Source of the DNA: a virus
Lineage: Duplodnaviria > Caudoviricetes
Virus record (IMG/VR): IMGVR_UViG_3300043754_000129
Coordinates: 128,001-192,000 of that record
DNA: 64,000 nucleotides
Strand: one strand, 5' to 3'
Below are positions 1 through 11,900 of the stretch, piece by piece. Numbering within the stretch: the first letter of the stretch is position 1; the number at the start of each line of letters is the position of its first letter. The translations under genes and the position numbers were made by a program. Below the pieces are notes generated by a model that saw nothing but the letters and a program-made list of their open reading frames with translations, was not told where the DNA came from and ran no database searches.

Positions 1-3000
1 TACCCACAGCCACGTCACCCGTGATGTAGATCTTGATCGCCGCAGTATCGAGCAGCAGAGGATTGCCATCGACGCGGAAGCCTTCGTCCACACTACCCGT
101 GTAGCCCTTGTGTCCAACCGAGCGGCTCTTCTTCAAGAACAGTCGATCCGACTCAACGGCCAGAGCACGCAGGCTCTCGCTCATGTCTTCGAGTTCACCG
201 TGGTAGAACACCTCGATGCGCTCGATGAAACCCTTGGACTTCGCCTTGGGAGTCTGAGCCGACAGGATACGCAGTGTGTCGAGCGATTGCTCGTCAAACA
301 GGCGATTGCCCGCGGTGACGGCGTCCTCAATGACGCATAAAATATCCTCGCTTTCCACCCCCGTGCCCACTTTCAACAGCTTGTGGACCTGTTGGTCGAA
401 GTTCACCACGATGGTACGCGTCTTGGTAAGCTTCGTCGACAGCAGCTCGGCTGTCTTCTTGGAAATCGCCGAGGAGTCTTCCAGCGTCGTCATTGCTTCC
501 ATCAGAACCGTCTTCACCGTGATGGTGTTCTTCATCATCACGCCGCCCGGGTTCAGAGGATCCTTGGTGAAGAAGCCATCGTTGTAACAGATGAGTTCGC
601 CCGGCATGAAGGTGTGACCTGCCTTCATGTCCGACTTCACCAGGTGCGGGACCGTCAGGCCAGCAGCGTCACCAAAGCGGCGACCCAGCTCAAAGCCCTT
701 GACCTCGCCGTCGTCATACTGCACGACGATCCCGTGTTCATTCGCCGACACCACCTTGCCGCCCTTCTTCGCCGTCATGGCAAAGAGGTCGCCGGTACGG
801 TGCGCGATCACCTGTTCATAGCCCGTGCGCACCTGAGCCGGTTGGTAACCCTTACAGGCCAGCAAGTGCGAGTTCTGAATCGAGGTGAAGTTCGTCCGCT
901 TCGGGTCATCCCGATCCAGACCCGGACCGAGCAATGCCGAGGAGGACAGCAGAGGTGTTGCACCCTGCTCCTCAAACTTGTACGTCTTGGACAGTCCACG
1001 CAACGACGTGAACTGCGGATCCGCCGACGTGTACGTGTTGATTGCCACGTCCGAGGAGTCCACCGTTGCTTCCGAGATCGTGCCCATGTCGTTCTTATGG
1101 TAGACACGCGTGGCCTTCGTCATGGAGCGCCCACCACGACCACCCGTACCTGCATAGGTGACCGCTTCAATCTCCTTCAAGTTCTGAATCGGATTGATTT
1201 CGCTGATCTGGACTTTCGCCGGATCCTGCGTGATGTTCTTCCAGACTTGGAACGGGTTCAGGTCGATCGGCGTACGGCTCTTACCAATCTTGCCGTTGTG
1301 CACCCGAATCGAGCGCACGATTTCCGAGTAGACGGCACCCGCCATCCGTTCGTAACCCTTGATGCGCATCCACTTCGAGTCGAGCTCGTCGGGGTGCGTT
1401 TCCACGAGCAACATGTCGCAGGCGCGCATGAGCAAGCCTTGGTAGTCCGTCGGCTCCTTCATGTCCTCGAGCAGTTCCTTCGTGATCGGATCGATGAACA
1501 GCTGATACTGCAAATCGATCTCACGCAGGTAGCGCTGGCTTGCACCACCGCCTTCGAGAATGTTCAGGTACACGCCACGCTTGTCGAACTCATGCACCGG
1601 ATACAGACGAATCTGACGATGATACTCATTGAAGCCCGCGAGCACCATCGAAGCAAACGCATCCGTGCGCTTGAAGACGAGCGTTTCGTCTTGGAAGACG
1701 ATCGCGTACTCATCCGGACCCAGACCCACACGCATGCCAGCCGGCACCCGACGCGGCTCCACACGCAAGAGCTTCACGAGCTTGGAGATACCCATCTCGT
1801 AACCGAGCACCACGGCGAGCGGCACGTCGCGACCGAGGATCTTCACTTGCGCGAATTCCACCGGCGCCTTCTCAGGCGGCAGGTTGAGCAGGTGCTCCAT
1901 CGGACCCAAAGCGATCAGCGGATTCTGCAACTTCATGCCGCCAACCATCGGACCATCGGCCAGCACGTAGACCGTACCCATCTTGTCCATGAGCACTGCC
2001 CGGTTGGCATTGTCCCGACCGCAGACTGTCATGCCGTCCTTTTCCCACTTCTTGATGACTGCCGGCCCCACGAGCGCTTCACGCTGCGTGTGATCGAAGT
2101 TGAAGTGCAGGGCGAGCGCACCGGTCGTGCGCGGATACGTCGTCGGCGTGATCACGAACTCCTTAAAGCTCATGGCCAGCGTCGAGTACATCTTCGGAGC
2201 CGGGAACAGATTGTCAAAGACATCGGCCGTGTGCATGTCGGTGACGAGACCATCTGCACGGTCCAGACCCATCGACATGATGTTGTTGGTGACCCACGCA
2301 CCGTAGTCGTTCACCTTCTTGGTCGAACGCGACACGAACACCTTACCGTAGTAAGAGGTCAGTGCCACACGGTCTGGGGCGATCTTGCGAATCGGCAAGT
2401 CACCACGTTGCTTACGCACCCGATACTTCACGCCGTTGCTCGTGAAGGTACCGTCGTCGTTGATCACCGGCAGGCGGAAGCGCAGCGTCGAGCTCGCACC
2501 ATCGACCGGAGTGACCCGTGCCGTATAGATGCGGTACTGACCCATGATGTCATCCACGTCTTCCACATCGTAGTCCGTGAGACACAGACCCGCCTGTTGA
2601 AGGTTGAGCACCATGCTCGCCACGTCCTTCTGCATGACCTTCTTGATGTAGTCCGAATCGAACGTCAAGAGCGTCGACTTGAGCATCGACTTATCGGTCA
2701 CGCCTTTGATGTCGCCAATCGCAGGCGACTCAGCAATCTGCACGTCTTCCTTCGCCACTTTCACGAAGTTCTCGAGCGTGCTCTGACCATCCGGAGCCAC
2801 GATCCGCTTGTAGGCCTGCGAGAGGTTCTGATAGCGACGGTGTTCACCGGCTGAGAGCAGACCGTCTTGTGCCAAGCGATCGCAGATCTTCATGACCGCT
2901 TGATCCGGCGGCAGTGCCACAGGCGCTTCGACGATCACTTCATGCAGCTGGTCTTCTTCCGGCGCAGCCAGATTCGCGATGTGCTCCAGGCGCTCCAGGT

Positions 3001-4201
3001 CGGCATCGAGTTGCTTCTCGAGTTCATGGTTGCGCTTGATGTCGGCACCGCGTTCTTCCGGCATCGCCATGGCGGCGGCAATCGTCGCAGCGTCCACGTG
3101 TTGCTTGATCGAGTCCTGGAAGAGCTCCTCGTGCATGCCCACGATGTCCATGTGGTCCGCTTCCACCTTGGATCCCACTTCCTTCGCACCGATCACCGGA
3201 TCCTGGAACGGCTGTTGCACCGTCGTGGAACCATCCGGATTCTGGATGACGTTCGGCGGCGTCTGCGGCGTAGCAATGCTCGGCTCGTCGCCATCCGTGC
3301 TTTGCGCTTCGACTTCCGGCGCGGCAGCCGTACGCACTTCCATCACGCTCATCAGGAGCTTGAGGAAATACTTCTGGATGATCTTCGGCTCCAACCCGTG
3401 CTGGTTCGCCAGCGGGTTCAGCGCCACTTCCGCCGCAGTCGCCACACGCCAGCTATTCAGGAGGCCCAGGTTCAGGACCGCAAAGCGACCCGCTTCCTCG
3501 ATCAGGATGTTCACCCGACCCAGACGATCGTCGGAGATGTGGCTGAGCATCGAACTCTGACGGTTTTCCCCGAGCCACTTCCAGATCTCCAGGATCATCA
3601 GCGATTCATGCGTCGTGAACCGCTTGACCGTGCGCGGGGTCATCGTGTTCAGTTCTGCGGTTTGCAGATCGATCAGCGACGGCAGCACCTTCGGCAGGTT
3701 CAGCGCGAGGAACTGGTGACGATGGCTGTCGTGCGTGAGACTCGACACCTTGCCCCAGAGCGTCTCGGCGATGTTGTGCCACTGATTCAGGTTCGCAAAG
3801 AGCGAACGCGGATAACGGTACAGGCGCCAGAGGAACGCGTAGTTAAAGACGATCATGATCGTCTCGTCACGCGAACCCGTATCGAAGTTGATGAGCTTCT
3901 TGTAGCGACGGTTCTTCTGGAACCATTGCGACGTGAGTGCTTGTGTCGACGTGATGGCAGGGCGTGGGTTGCCAAGGCTCACCGTTTGCTGCATCACGTG
4001 ACTCACCAGGATCGGCTTGGTGATTGCATGGAATTCGGCCTGACGAGCATCAGGTCCCGAATCGATCGGACTGTTCCCCATGAAGTGGAAGATCGACCCG
4101 CGCGGCAGCACGATGTCATTCATCCCCGACAGGAGAGGGCGGATCAGCTGCGACGTGCGTCGAATGCCGAACCGCTTGTAAAACTGATCGAACAGAATCA
4201 T
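1..4201 (-). CDS. rpoB: Virion RNA polymerase beta subunit, N-terminal part (phiKZ gp178-like); 3' end runs off the left edge
   Basis: ATG at 4201 (MILFDQFYKRFGIRRTSQLIRP...). The same frame reads ...KIYITGDVAVG at positions 2-34. It is absent from the ORF track, consistent with no in-frame stop inside the window (about 1400 codons). It lies directly downstream of the DFDGD-containing beta' gene, as in phiKZ gp178/gp180. Confidence 0.9.
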   Translation of the reverse strand, partial: MILFDQFYKRFGIRRTSQLIRPLLSGMNDIVLPRGSIFHFMGNSPIDSGPDARQAEFHAITKPILVSHVMQQTVSLGNPRPAITSTQALTSQWFQKNRRYKKLINFDTGSRDETIMIVFNYAFLWRLYRYPRSLFANLNQWHNIAETLWGKVSSLTHDSHRHQFLALNLPKVLPSLIDLQTAELNTMTPRTVKRFTTHESLMILEIWKWLGENRQSSMLSHISDDRLGRVNILIEEAGRFAVLNLGLLNSWRVATAAEVALNPLANQHGLEPKIIQKYFLKLLMSVMEVRTAAAPEVEAQSTDGDEPSIATPQTPPNVIQNPDGSTTVQQPFQDPVIGAKEVGSKVEADHMDIVGMHEELFQDSIKQHVDAATIAAAMAMPEERGADIKRNHELEKQLDADLERLEHIANLAAPEEDQLHEVIVEAPVALPPDQAVMKICDRLAQDGLLSAGEHRRYQNLSQAYKRIVAPDGQSTLENFVKVAKEDVQIAESPAIGDIKGVTDKSMLKSTLLTFDSDYIKKVMQKDVASMVLNLQQAGLCLTDYDVEDVDDIMGQYRIYTARVTPVDGASSTLRFRLPVINDDGTFTSNGVKYRVRKQRGDLPIRKIAPDRVALTSYYGKVFVSRSTKKVNDYGAWVTNNIMSMGLDRADGLVTDMHTADVFDNLFPAPKMYSTLAMSFKEFVITPTTYPRTTGALALHFNFDHTQREALVGPAVIKKWEKDGMTVCGRDNANRAVLMDKMGTVYVLADGPMVGGMKLQNPLIALGPMEHLLNLPPEKAPVEFAQVKILGRDVPLAVVLGYEMGISKLVKLLRVEPRRVPAGMRVGLGPDEYAIVFQDETLVFKRTDAFASMVLAGFNEYHRQIRLYPVHEFDKRGVYLNILEGGGASQRYLREIDLQYQLFIDPITKELLEDMKEPTDYQGLLMRACDMLLVETHPDELDSKWMRIKGYERMAGAVYSEIVRSIRVHNGKIGKSRTPIDLNPFQVWKNITQDPAKVQISEINPIQNLKEIEAVTYAGTGGRGGRSMTKATRVYHKNDMGTISEATVDSSDVAINTYTSADPQFTSLRGLSKTYKFEEQGATPLLSSSALLGPGLDRDDPKRTNFTSIQNSHLLACKGYQPAQVRTGYEQVIAHRTGDLFAMTAKKGGKVVSANEHGIVVQYDDGEVKGFELGRRFGDAAGLTVPHLVKSDMKAGHTFMPGELICYNDGFFTKDPLNPGGVMMKNTITVKTVLMEAMTTLEDSSAISKKTAELLSTKLTKTRTIVVNFDQQVHKLLKVGTGVESEDILCVIEDAVTAGNRLFDEQSLDTLRILSAQTPKAKSKGFIERIEVFYHGELEDMSESLRALAVESDRLFLKKSRSVGHKGYTGSVDEGFRVDGNPLLLDTAAIKIYITGDVAVG

Positions 4202-4211
4202 GTTTTTCTCG

Positions 4212-5834
4212 TTAGGAAGTCATATTGAAGAGCACGAGATTGACCGTGTCGATAGCGACGCTGGCGAGAGGACGACCATCGGTCCCCACGTAGGCGCGCT
4301 TCGAAGCGAGGAACTCATCGACCTCACGCACCGACTCGTCCGTGTACGTCACGGTAAAGCTGGACGTGTCACCGTCAAAGTCAGCCCCGAGGCGTGCAAG
4401 CTTCGAGGTGTGCGGGCTGATGGAGTTGACGAACTCGCCCCCAGTGATCGGGAACTCATAGGCCACATAGTCTTCCCCGAGCGGACTCCAGTCCGGACCG
4501 AGTTCCTTGCGCACTTCGCGCCGGATCGTGGTCTTCACCTTCATCTTGCTTGGCACGATCGAGCCCACACCCGTAATCGGGTAACGCGTCACAAACGCGG
4601 GGAGCTTGTCCAGTTCCCGGTAGACCGACAGATACAGCAGCTGACAGAACGTGAGCGGCGAGAGATCCTTGGGATCCCGGTCAGCGGGCAACTCATCCAC
4701 GTCCTGCACGAAACGGAACGTACCGTCCGGGCCCTTATACATCAGACCGAGCCAGCGACCGTCAATCTCGAGCGGCTTGTGTCGCATGTCTTCTTCGCTG
4801 AACGCCGTGAGCAACTTCTCGATGCCCTCGTTGGTCATCCAGCGATCGTAGTACTCGGGACGCAGATCGACCGACTCCGCATGCAGGGTCTTCTTGTTCA
4901 CGAGTTTCACCGCACTGCTCGGACCATTGAAGACCTTCGAGAGAAAGCCGTTCTTGATGTGGTAGACGGCTACCGGGCGGGCAGCTTTAACTGCCTGATA
5001 CAAACCGGTCACGGAACTGTTGTAGCCCACGTTACCGGGTGAGCCCAGGTAGTCGCTCGACGTGTTCATCGCCGTGATCACGTTACGCGTGCCGTCGAAG
5101 ATACGTCGGGCTGCCCACTTACTCATGATCAGCTTGCGCTTACCTTCCACCATCGACTCGAGCAAGTCGTAGAGTTGGTTGAAAGTGTTCTGCAAATGCC
5201 AGCGCACCGTGTTCACCATCTCGGGTGTCGTCTTGAGCACTTGCTCGGTGACGGCGTTGCTCTTGGCGATGAGCGAGCGGTAGATCGTGTTGATCTCGTC
5301 TTCGCGCATCCGGCCGTCCGGACCGTACTCCAAGTCACGCATCCCCGCGGGCATCACGAGGATCTTGCTGGTGAGTGCCTTGTCCTTGTACTTCTTGATC
5401 ATGAGGATGTTCTGCTCACGCGTGTCACTCTTCGTGTCCGCGTAGGCGATCTCCTTCCAGTGGCTCACGAAGAACTGAAAGCCCGTGTGACCGTTGATCA
5501 CATCGCTGCGTTCAAAGTCCTTGATCTCGGGGTTCCACGTGGCGTACTGCGTGCCGTTCATGATGTCGGCGTAGAGGCGCTTCAGGGCAACCAGTGCCCG
5601 GAAGATCACCGGGTGAAACACCGGCACCTTGATGTTGATGTAACTGAATCGCCGCATGCGAGCCTCGTCACCGACCTTGCCAAAGATCTCGGTGGAGAAG
5701 AGGCCATTCGGATGCGGCTGCGTGCTGCTGCCTTCCAGAAAATCCAAACTGGTGACCGGCCGCATGTGGGCGACCTTCGCATTAGTCAAGTCCAACAGAC
5801 TGATGTTAAAGGGAATGGCCTGACGCTCGGGCAT
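4212..5834 (-). CDS. rpoC: Virion RNA polymerase beta' subunit, catalytic part (phiKZ gp180-like), 540 aa
   Basis: Catalytic motif LARLGADFDGD (variant of NADFDGD), plus RYP and NGLFSTEIFG motifs typical of beta'. Confidence 0.95.
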   Translation of the reverse strand: MPERQAIPFNISLLDLTNAKVAHMRPVTSLDFLEGSSTQPHPNGLFSTEIFGKVGDEARMRRFSYINIKVPVFHPVIFRALVALKRLYADIMNGTQYATWNPEIKDFERSDVINGHTGFQFFVSHWKEIAYADTKSDTREQNILMIKKYKDKALTSKILVMPAGMRDLEYGPDGRMREDEINTIYRSLIAKSNAVTEQVLKTTPEMVNTVRWHLQNTFNQLYDLLESMVEGKRKLIMSKWAARRIFDGTRNVITAMNTSSDYLGSPGNVGYNSSVTGLYQAVKAARPVAVYHIKNGFLSKVFNGPSSAVKLVNKKTLHAESVDLRPEYYDRWMTNEGIEKLLTAFSEEDMRHKPLEIDGRWLGLMYKGPDGTFRFVQDVDELPADRDPKDLSPLTFCQLLYLSVYRELDKLPAFVTRYPITGVGSIVPSKMKVKTTIRREVRKELGPDWSPLGEDYVAYEFPITGGEFVNSISPHTSKLARLGADFDGDTSSFTVTYTDESVREVDEFLASKRAYVGTDGRPLASVAIDTVNLVLFNMTS

Positions 5835-5911
5835 GTTTCATTCCTTTTACAAGAAAAAAAGCCAAAATCTATGAGGGGTGGTGTACCACTCAAACTTTAG
5901 GTGGGAGCCAT

Positions 5912-8900
5912 ATGGCTAAAGAGTTGAAATTCAAAGATGACAATGACATCGGATTCGACTCCGACCTCAAGATCCCCAGTTTCAGCATGCGCGAGGGGAA
6001 GGTCGGTAAAGATCGAAACCCGGTGCTCAAGGGCATCAAGGATGCTGGCGAAGGCGTGGTAACAGGCATCTGGGATGCCGCTACGTCCGAGAGCTTCATC
6101 AAAAAGGTTCTGAAGCAAGCCCTGCCGGATGGCTATGGGGCTGCTATCGATACCTTCGATTTGGCTGGCCAGAATCTGAAGAAGCTATACGATTCTTCGG
6201 AAAAACAGTTCAAGCCGCTCACGAACGACATCAAGCGCACCGTCGCACGCCTTCTGCCGCAACAAAACAAGGTGATGCCCAAGTCGCTGTACGACGGGCT
6301 TAAGCGCTGGTCGGATTCGGCCGAGGGTTCCTCGACCGGGATGTCGCAGTCGCAGATGCGGGAGAACAACCTCACGGGCACGCTCGGTGAGGTCTTCAAG
6401 TATCAGATCGAAACGGACGCGAAGAACCGCGCCGAAGATCAAGCACGGGCGAACATCAAGGAACAGATTGATACGAACCGGGCCTCCTTCAATATGGAAG
6501 CCCTGAACAGTATCAAGTTCAGCCTGCAACGTCTGGTGGACTACCAAGACAAGGTGACGATCAACTACCAGCGCCGGTCGCTGGAGCTCCAGTATCGTCA
6601 GTACTTCGTGCAACTCGATGCGTTCCAGCATCAGCGCGAAACGAGCATGCAAACGCGTCAGCTGCTCGAAGGCATTCAGAAGAACACAGGTCTGCCCGAC
6701 ATCCGTAAGATCCAGGGTCTCGGGGATTACAAGGACCTGATTCGCAACAAGTTCTTCAACAACATCGGCGGGATGATGTTTGGCGAGCGCTCGATGTTCA
6801 TGCAGCGGATCGTCGAGAACATCCAGAAGGCGTTGGCGGAAAACGTGACGGGCTTCATCAACACGGCCCGCACCAGCATCGCCGGTGCCAACGAGATGGC
6901 GGAGTTCGCCAAGAGCTCGGGGGACATGGGTGGTCCGTCGGGTGCCAACCTCGCCGGTAACATGGCAGGGGACCTGGTCTTCTCGAACCTGGGTGAGAAG
7001 CTCGGCTACAAGGCCTATCAGCACATCCAGAAGATGCCGCAAGCCAAGCACATCAACAAGCTCGGTAAGTGGCTCGACTATCACTTCGGCAATGGTCCGC
7101 AACATCTGACGGAGCTCGCGCACTCGAAGAAGGGTGACGACCTGCCGATGGGTCTGGGCTGGATGGTTCAGTTCGCCAAGCAGATGGTGCACCAGTCGAA
7201 TGTGGTCGACACGGGTCTGCGTCAGGATGACATCCGCAACCTGCAAGAGCCGGCGGTGTTTAACGGCATGGCGCGCAAGTCGCTGACCGAGATCATCCCG
7301 GGCTACCTCGCTCGCATCTATCAGGAACTCCAGATCATCCGCACGGGTGATGCGAAGACGGACCTGATGCTCTTTGACCCGACGAGCAATCGCTTCAAGT
7401 CGGCCAAGGAGACGAGCCTCGGTATCCACAAGCTTCTCTTCAAGAAAGAAGAGATGGCAGCCAACAAGAAGAATCAAGACGACCTGATCACCGAGCTTCA
7501 AAAGAAGAGCGGCATCGAGATCACGCCTGAGATGCGTAAGGACGTGATTGGTCACTTGATGAATCTGAACTTCCAGAACCGTTTGGGCACGCCGAAGAAC
7601 CTGGCGGACCGTTACGCGTACATGGGCGTGAAGGGTGTCAGCAATCCGGGTGCGATGGCGGACATGTTCGCTAAGTACTTTGGCTCGAAGCCGACGCAGG
7701 ACCAGCTGGCGAAGTTCCAGCGCATGATGAATGGTCTCTCTTACGGGATGACCGACAATCGCGGCACGGTGCAGGGTCTGCTCAACATGGGCTACGGGAG
7801 CAATCTCGAAGCCATGGGCATGCTCACGCCGAAGGGGAACTTCAACCTTGATCAGTTCGGCAAGTACTATCAGGGTACGACGTTCGATCCGCAGGGGATG
7901 TACGCGCAAGGTGCGCTCAATACACATCTGGGTCGTGGCAAGACCAAGGTCACGATCAACCGTAACAACTCCACGACGCACAACACGTCGAATACGACCA
8001 ACAACTCGACGGTCAACAACAACATCGAGAATGTGGTCCACAACATCGCGACCGAGATCGCAGCGCGTTTGCATCAGGAATTCACGGTGCAGCCGCCTTC
8101 GGCTCCGAGTTCGATTCCGCCGGTAGCGGCTGCTGTCCACGCCATTCGTCGCAAGAAGTTCCAGACGAGTGCATTGGCGCGTCAGCCGAAGGCAAGTGAG
8201 CACATCACGACGCTCACGGGTCGTCAGATCCATAAGGACCATAACGACGCGTACGTGGCCGCACAAGCGCGTGTACACCGTCTGGCCAATTCTGGCTTTG
8301 GTCGAGCTGCACTCAAGAAGCGTTATCCGGATTGGATGCCGGGCCTCGAACAGTTCCCGCACGCTGCGGTGGACGACGAGTTCCATAAGGCGACGGGTCT
8401 GGATCACCAGAGTGCGATGCATCCGAAGGGATTCGTTGCGTCCGCATTTGGTGCTGGTGCTGTTCCGCGTGGGGATACGATCGGCATGTCGCGTCTGGAG
8501 CAGGCTATTAAGGCTGCAAGCTCCAAGAGTGTGGCAGAACAGATCCTGGAAGAGCTTAAGAAGCTCTCCAGCGGGATCAAGAGCGGCAAGGGTGTCCAAG
8601 TATTCCAGATCAACGGCGAGGACGTTGGAGACCTTCTCCAGCGGTCTGCGCGTCGTGGCACGAACTTCATGGATCAGTCGCTGCGCAATTTCGGCACGGA
8701 CATGGTGAACAACACCGTCAATGTCGGGAAGTGGATCCTGGGTCGCCCCGCTGCGATGGGTCGCATGGCCATGGGTGCCTGGAAGGGTACAAAGGGGCTG
8801 CGTGACAACATCAAGCTCTTCGGTAAGAAGACGGGTGAAGCTGCGCTGAAGGTCGCGTCGCGCTGGGATGACGTGTATCTGCCGGGCGTGGATGAGCCGG

Positions 8901-11900
8901 TGCTCGAAGCGTGGAAGCTGCGTGCTGGCTACTACATCAACGAGAAGGGCGACGCGATCCGTTCGTGGAAGGACATCAACGGCACGATTCGCGATACGAG
9001 CGAGAATAGTGAAGTGCGCCTCTCGGGCTCACAGATCGATCGCGCTTATATCCGCAGCCAAGTCGGTCCGAAGATGCTCAAGGCACTCGGTTCGGTGTGG
9101 AGCTTCGGCTGGAAGAACCTCATGCGCATGAAGCGCGGGATCTTCTCGGTCGTTCCCATGGCTGTCACGATGGCCAAGAAGGGCTGGAACCTCACCAAGA
9201 ACTTGCTGGATCAACCCCAAGACATCTACGTCAAGGGTAAGAGCGATCCGGTGATGAATGCGCGCACGATGCGTGCAGGCTTGTATCGCTCGGCACGGGA
9301 TCTGAATAAGGTCATCCACCGTCCGGGTGATATCGACGGTCCAGTCATTGACACGTCGGTGAATCCGCCGGTGATTGCTCTGACGCGCGAAGATCTGCAA
9401 AACGGGATCTACGATGCGATGGGTAAGCCGATCAAAACGCCGATGCAGAAGATCCTGGGTGCCGCGATGGCCCCACTGCGTTGGTTGAAGAACACGACCA
9501 AGTTTGGGTTTGAGTTCGCCATGGGACTGCTCAAGAAGCCGTTCCAGTATATCGGTCAGTTCTTCACGAACTGGTTTGGTCCGGATGGCCTCGTGATTGC
9601 TGGTTCCAAGACCATCATCACACGCTTGACGGAAATCCGTGACGTGTTGAAGGATCGCCTACCCAATCCGAAGAAGATTCGTCGGGGCTCCTGGGAAGAT
9701 CTGGAGTCGAAGGCGAAGAAGACTGTTGGCGCTGGCTCGAAGGCCTCAGGGCCTAACGTGGACAAGGGCTTCCTCGGCAAGGCTGAGGGCGTCGCTGGGA
9801 ACATGGCCACGGGTCTGCTCGAAAAGCTCGGTCTCATCAAGAAGCAAAAGAAGCCGGGTGAGAAGAGCTGGTGGGATAAGACCGTCGACTGGGGGAAGGA
9901 CAAGGTCGAAGAAGGGGTGAAGGGCTGGGCCTGGGAGAAGGGTGCCGAGAAGGCGAAGGACGTCGGTGGCCGTGTGAAGGACAGCGTCTGGAACCGTATC
10001 AAGAACCGCGGCAAGGCTGCGGCAGGCGATGTGGTTGAAGGCGTGGAGCACGGTGGCAAGAAGGGCTTCTTCCGAGGCGCACTGCATGGTGCCAAGGATC
10101 TGGTGTTTGGTCCGTCGGGTGCAAGCGGCATTGCGGGTAAGGTGGGCGACACGTCGTCGAGCATCTATAAGGCAGTCCGTGAAGGTGTGGCGGACGGCAT
10201 GCAAGATGCGAACGGTGGTGGTATTGGTGACGCCATCAAGAACAAGCTCGAAGACAAGATGCTTGACAAGTTCGGTAAGTTCCGAAAGGCCGGGAAGCTG
10301 GCCCGTCAAGCGCGTACGGCTGGTAAGGTCGTACGGACTGCGCGTGCCGTGGGTACCGCAGCCGAAGTCGCCGAAGCAGGTCTTGGGGCAGCCGAAGTCG
10401 CGGGTGGTGTTGCCGGTGGTGCGGGGCTAGCCACGGGCGCGGGTGGGTTGCTGGCTGAGATGGGCCTGACTGCTGCGGCAGCGGGTGCTGGTATCGGCGG
10501 CACACTCCTGACTGGCGTGACGCTTGCAGCTGGTGTGGCAGCGTCGCTGGGTACGGCAGCACTGGGTATCCTTGCGTCGCCGGTGGTGATCACAGCGGGT
10601 CTGATTGCGGGTGGGATGTATCTCGCGAACAAGGCTCACAATGGCTTGAAGAGTTTCATGCTGCATCGCAAGCTCGGCAAGCTCGGTTTCATGCGGATGG
10701 CGCAGTACGGCTTTACCGAAGATGATACCGATCACATCCGCACCATCCTGGAGTTTGAGCAGACGTTGATGGAGCACGTGACCTACGACGCAGGTGGTCG
10801 CGCACAGCTTGATCACAAGAAGCTCAACTTCAAGGAAGCCCTCGAGCCGTTCGGTATTGATGCAAAGAACCAAGACGATCTGAAGAGCTGGCTCGTTTGG
10901 TTTGCGCAGCGCTTCCGTCCGGTCTTCTTGAACAGCTTGAACGCACTGCGTCAAGTCGACAAGAAGAAGAAGCTCATCGATGTCGACGACCTGAAGAAGG
11001 AAGACAAGGCAGAGTACTTCAAGACTGCCTCGTTCGCAGGGGGTCCGTATCGGATCAACCTGAGTCCTTTCCATCGCTCGAAGTTCCTCTTCATCCACTT
11101 TGGTAGCGACAAGTTGCAAGCCGGTCCGAAGGAAGTTGCCGCAGCAGTCGCGGCCGCTCACAAGGAAGTCGGCGATCCGGATCCGAAGAAGTTGGCAGAG
11201 AAGCAAAAGAAGCTGGCAGCAGCCGGCGTGACTGCTACGGCCTCCGCGATCAACAAGAAGGATGGCAAGAAGGAAGAGCCGCATTCGTTCCTCGGCAAGA
11301 TCGGGGCGAAGGTAGGTTCGGGTCTCGCGATGATTGGCGGGGCCATGCTGGGAGGCGGTCTTGCAGCCATGGCAGGCAAGTGGCTCAAGAACGAGTGGGG
11401 GAAGATTTCGAACAACGCGGACACCAAGGGCATGAGCTTCGGTGACAAACTCGCGGTGTTTCTCTCGCCCTCGCTGCATCACCTGATGACGGGTACGAAG
11501 CTGCATCCGTTCCAGGCGTTGCGCTACCAGGCGTACGGTCTGCACGACTATGACCAAGATAAGGTTGCTGCGCTCGCCGCGCTGGAAGGTCACCTCGGTA
11601 CTCGCCTGAAGTTCTCGGGTGAGGGTGACAAGTCCAAGGTGGAGTTCGTGGGTGACCCGATGGATGTGCTGATGCACTTTGGCGCATCCTTCGATCCGTC
11701 GAATGTGAGTGAGAAGGGTAACAGCAACGCGCATGAATGGTTGGAGTGGTTCATCCGTCGCTTCTTGCCAGTCTACCTCACGTACCGTGGCTCGTTCATG
11801 AAGATCGCCGGTTTCGTCAACTCGGTTGGCGGGGAACCGAACGATGCTCAGGCAGCGCAGCTCGCACCGCTCGTCAATGCGGCTAAGGGTCAAGATGGCG

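Noticed and set aside
5835-5911. TATG motif in the AT-rich divergent gap as a phiKZ-type late promoter
   Set aside because: The 4-nt motif is too short to call without transcription-start data. It is plausible but unsupported.
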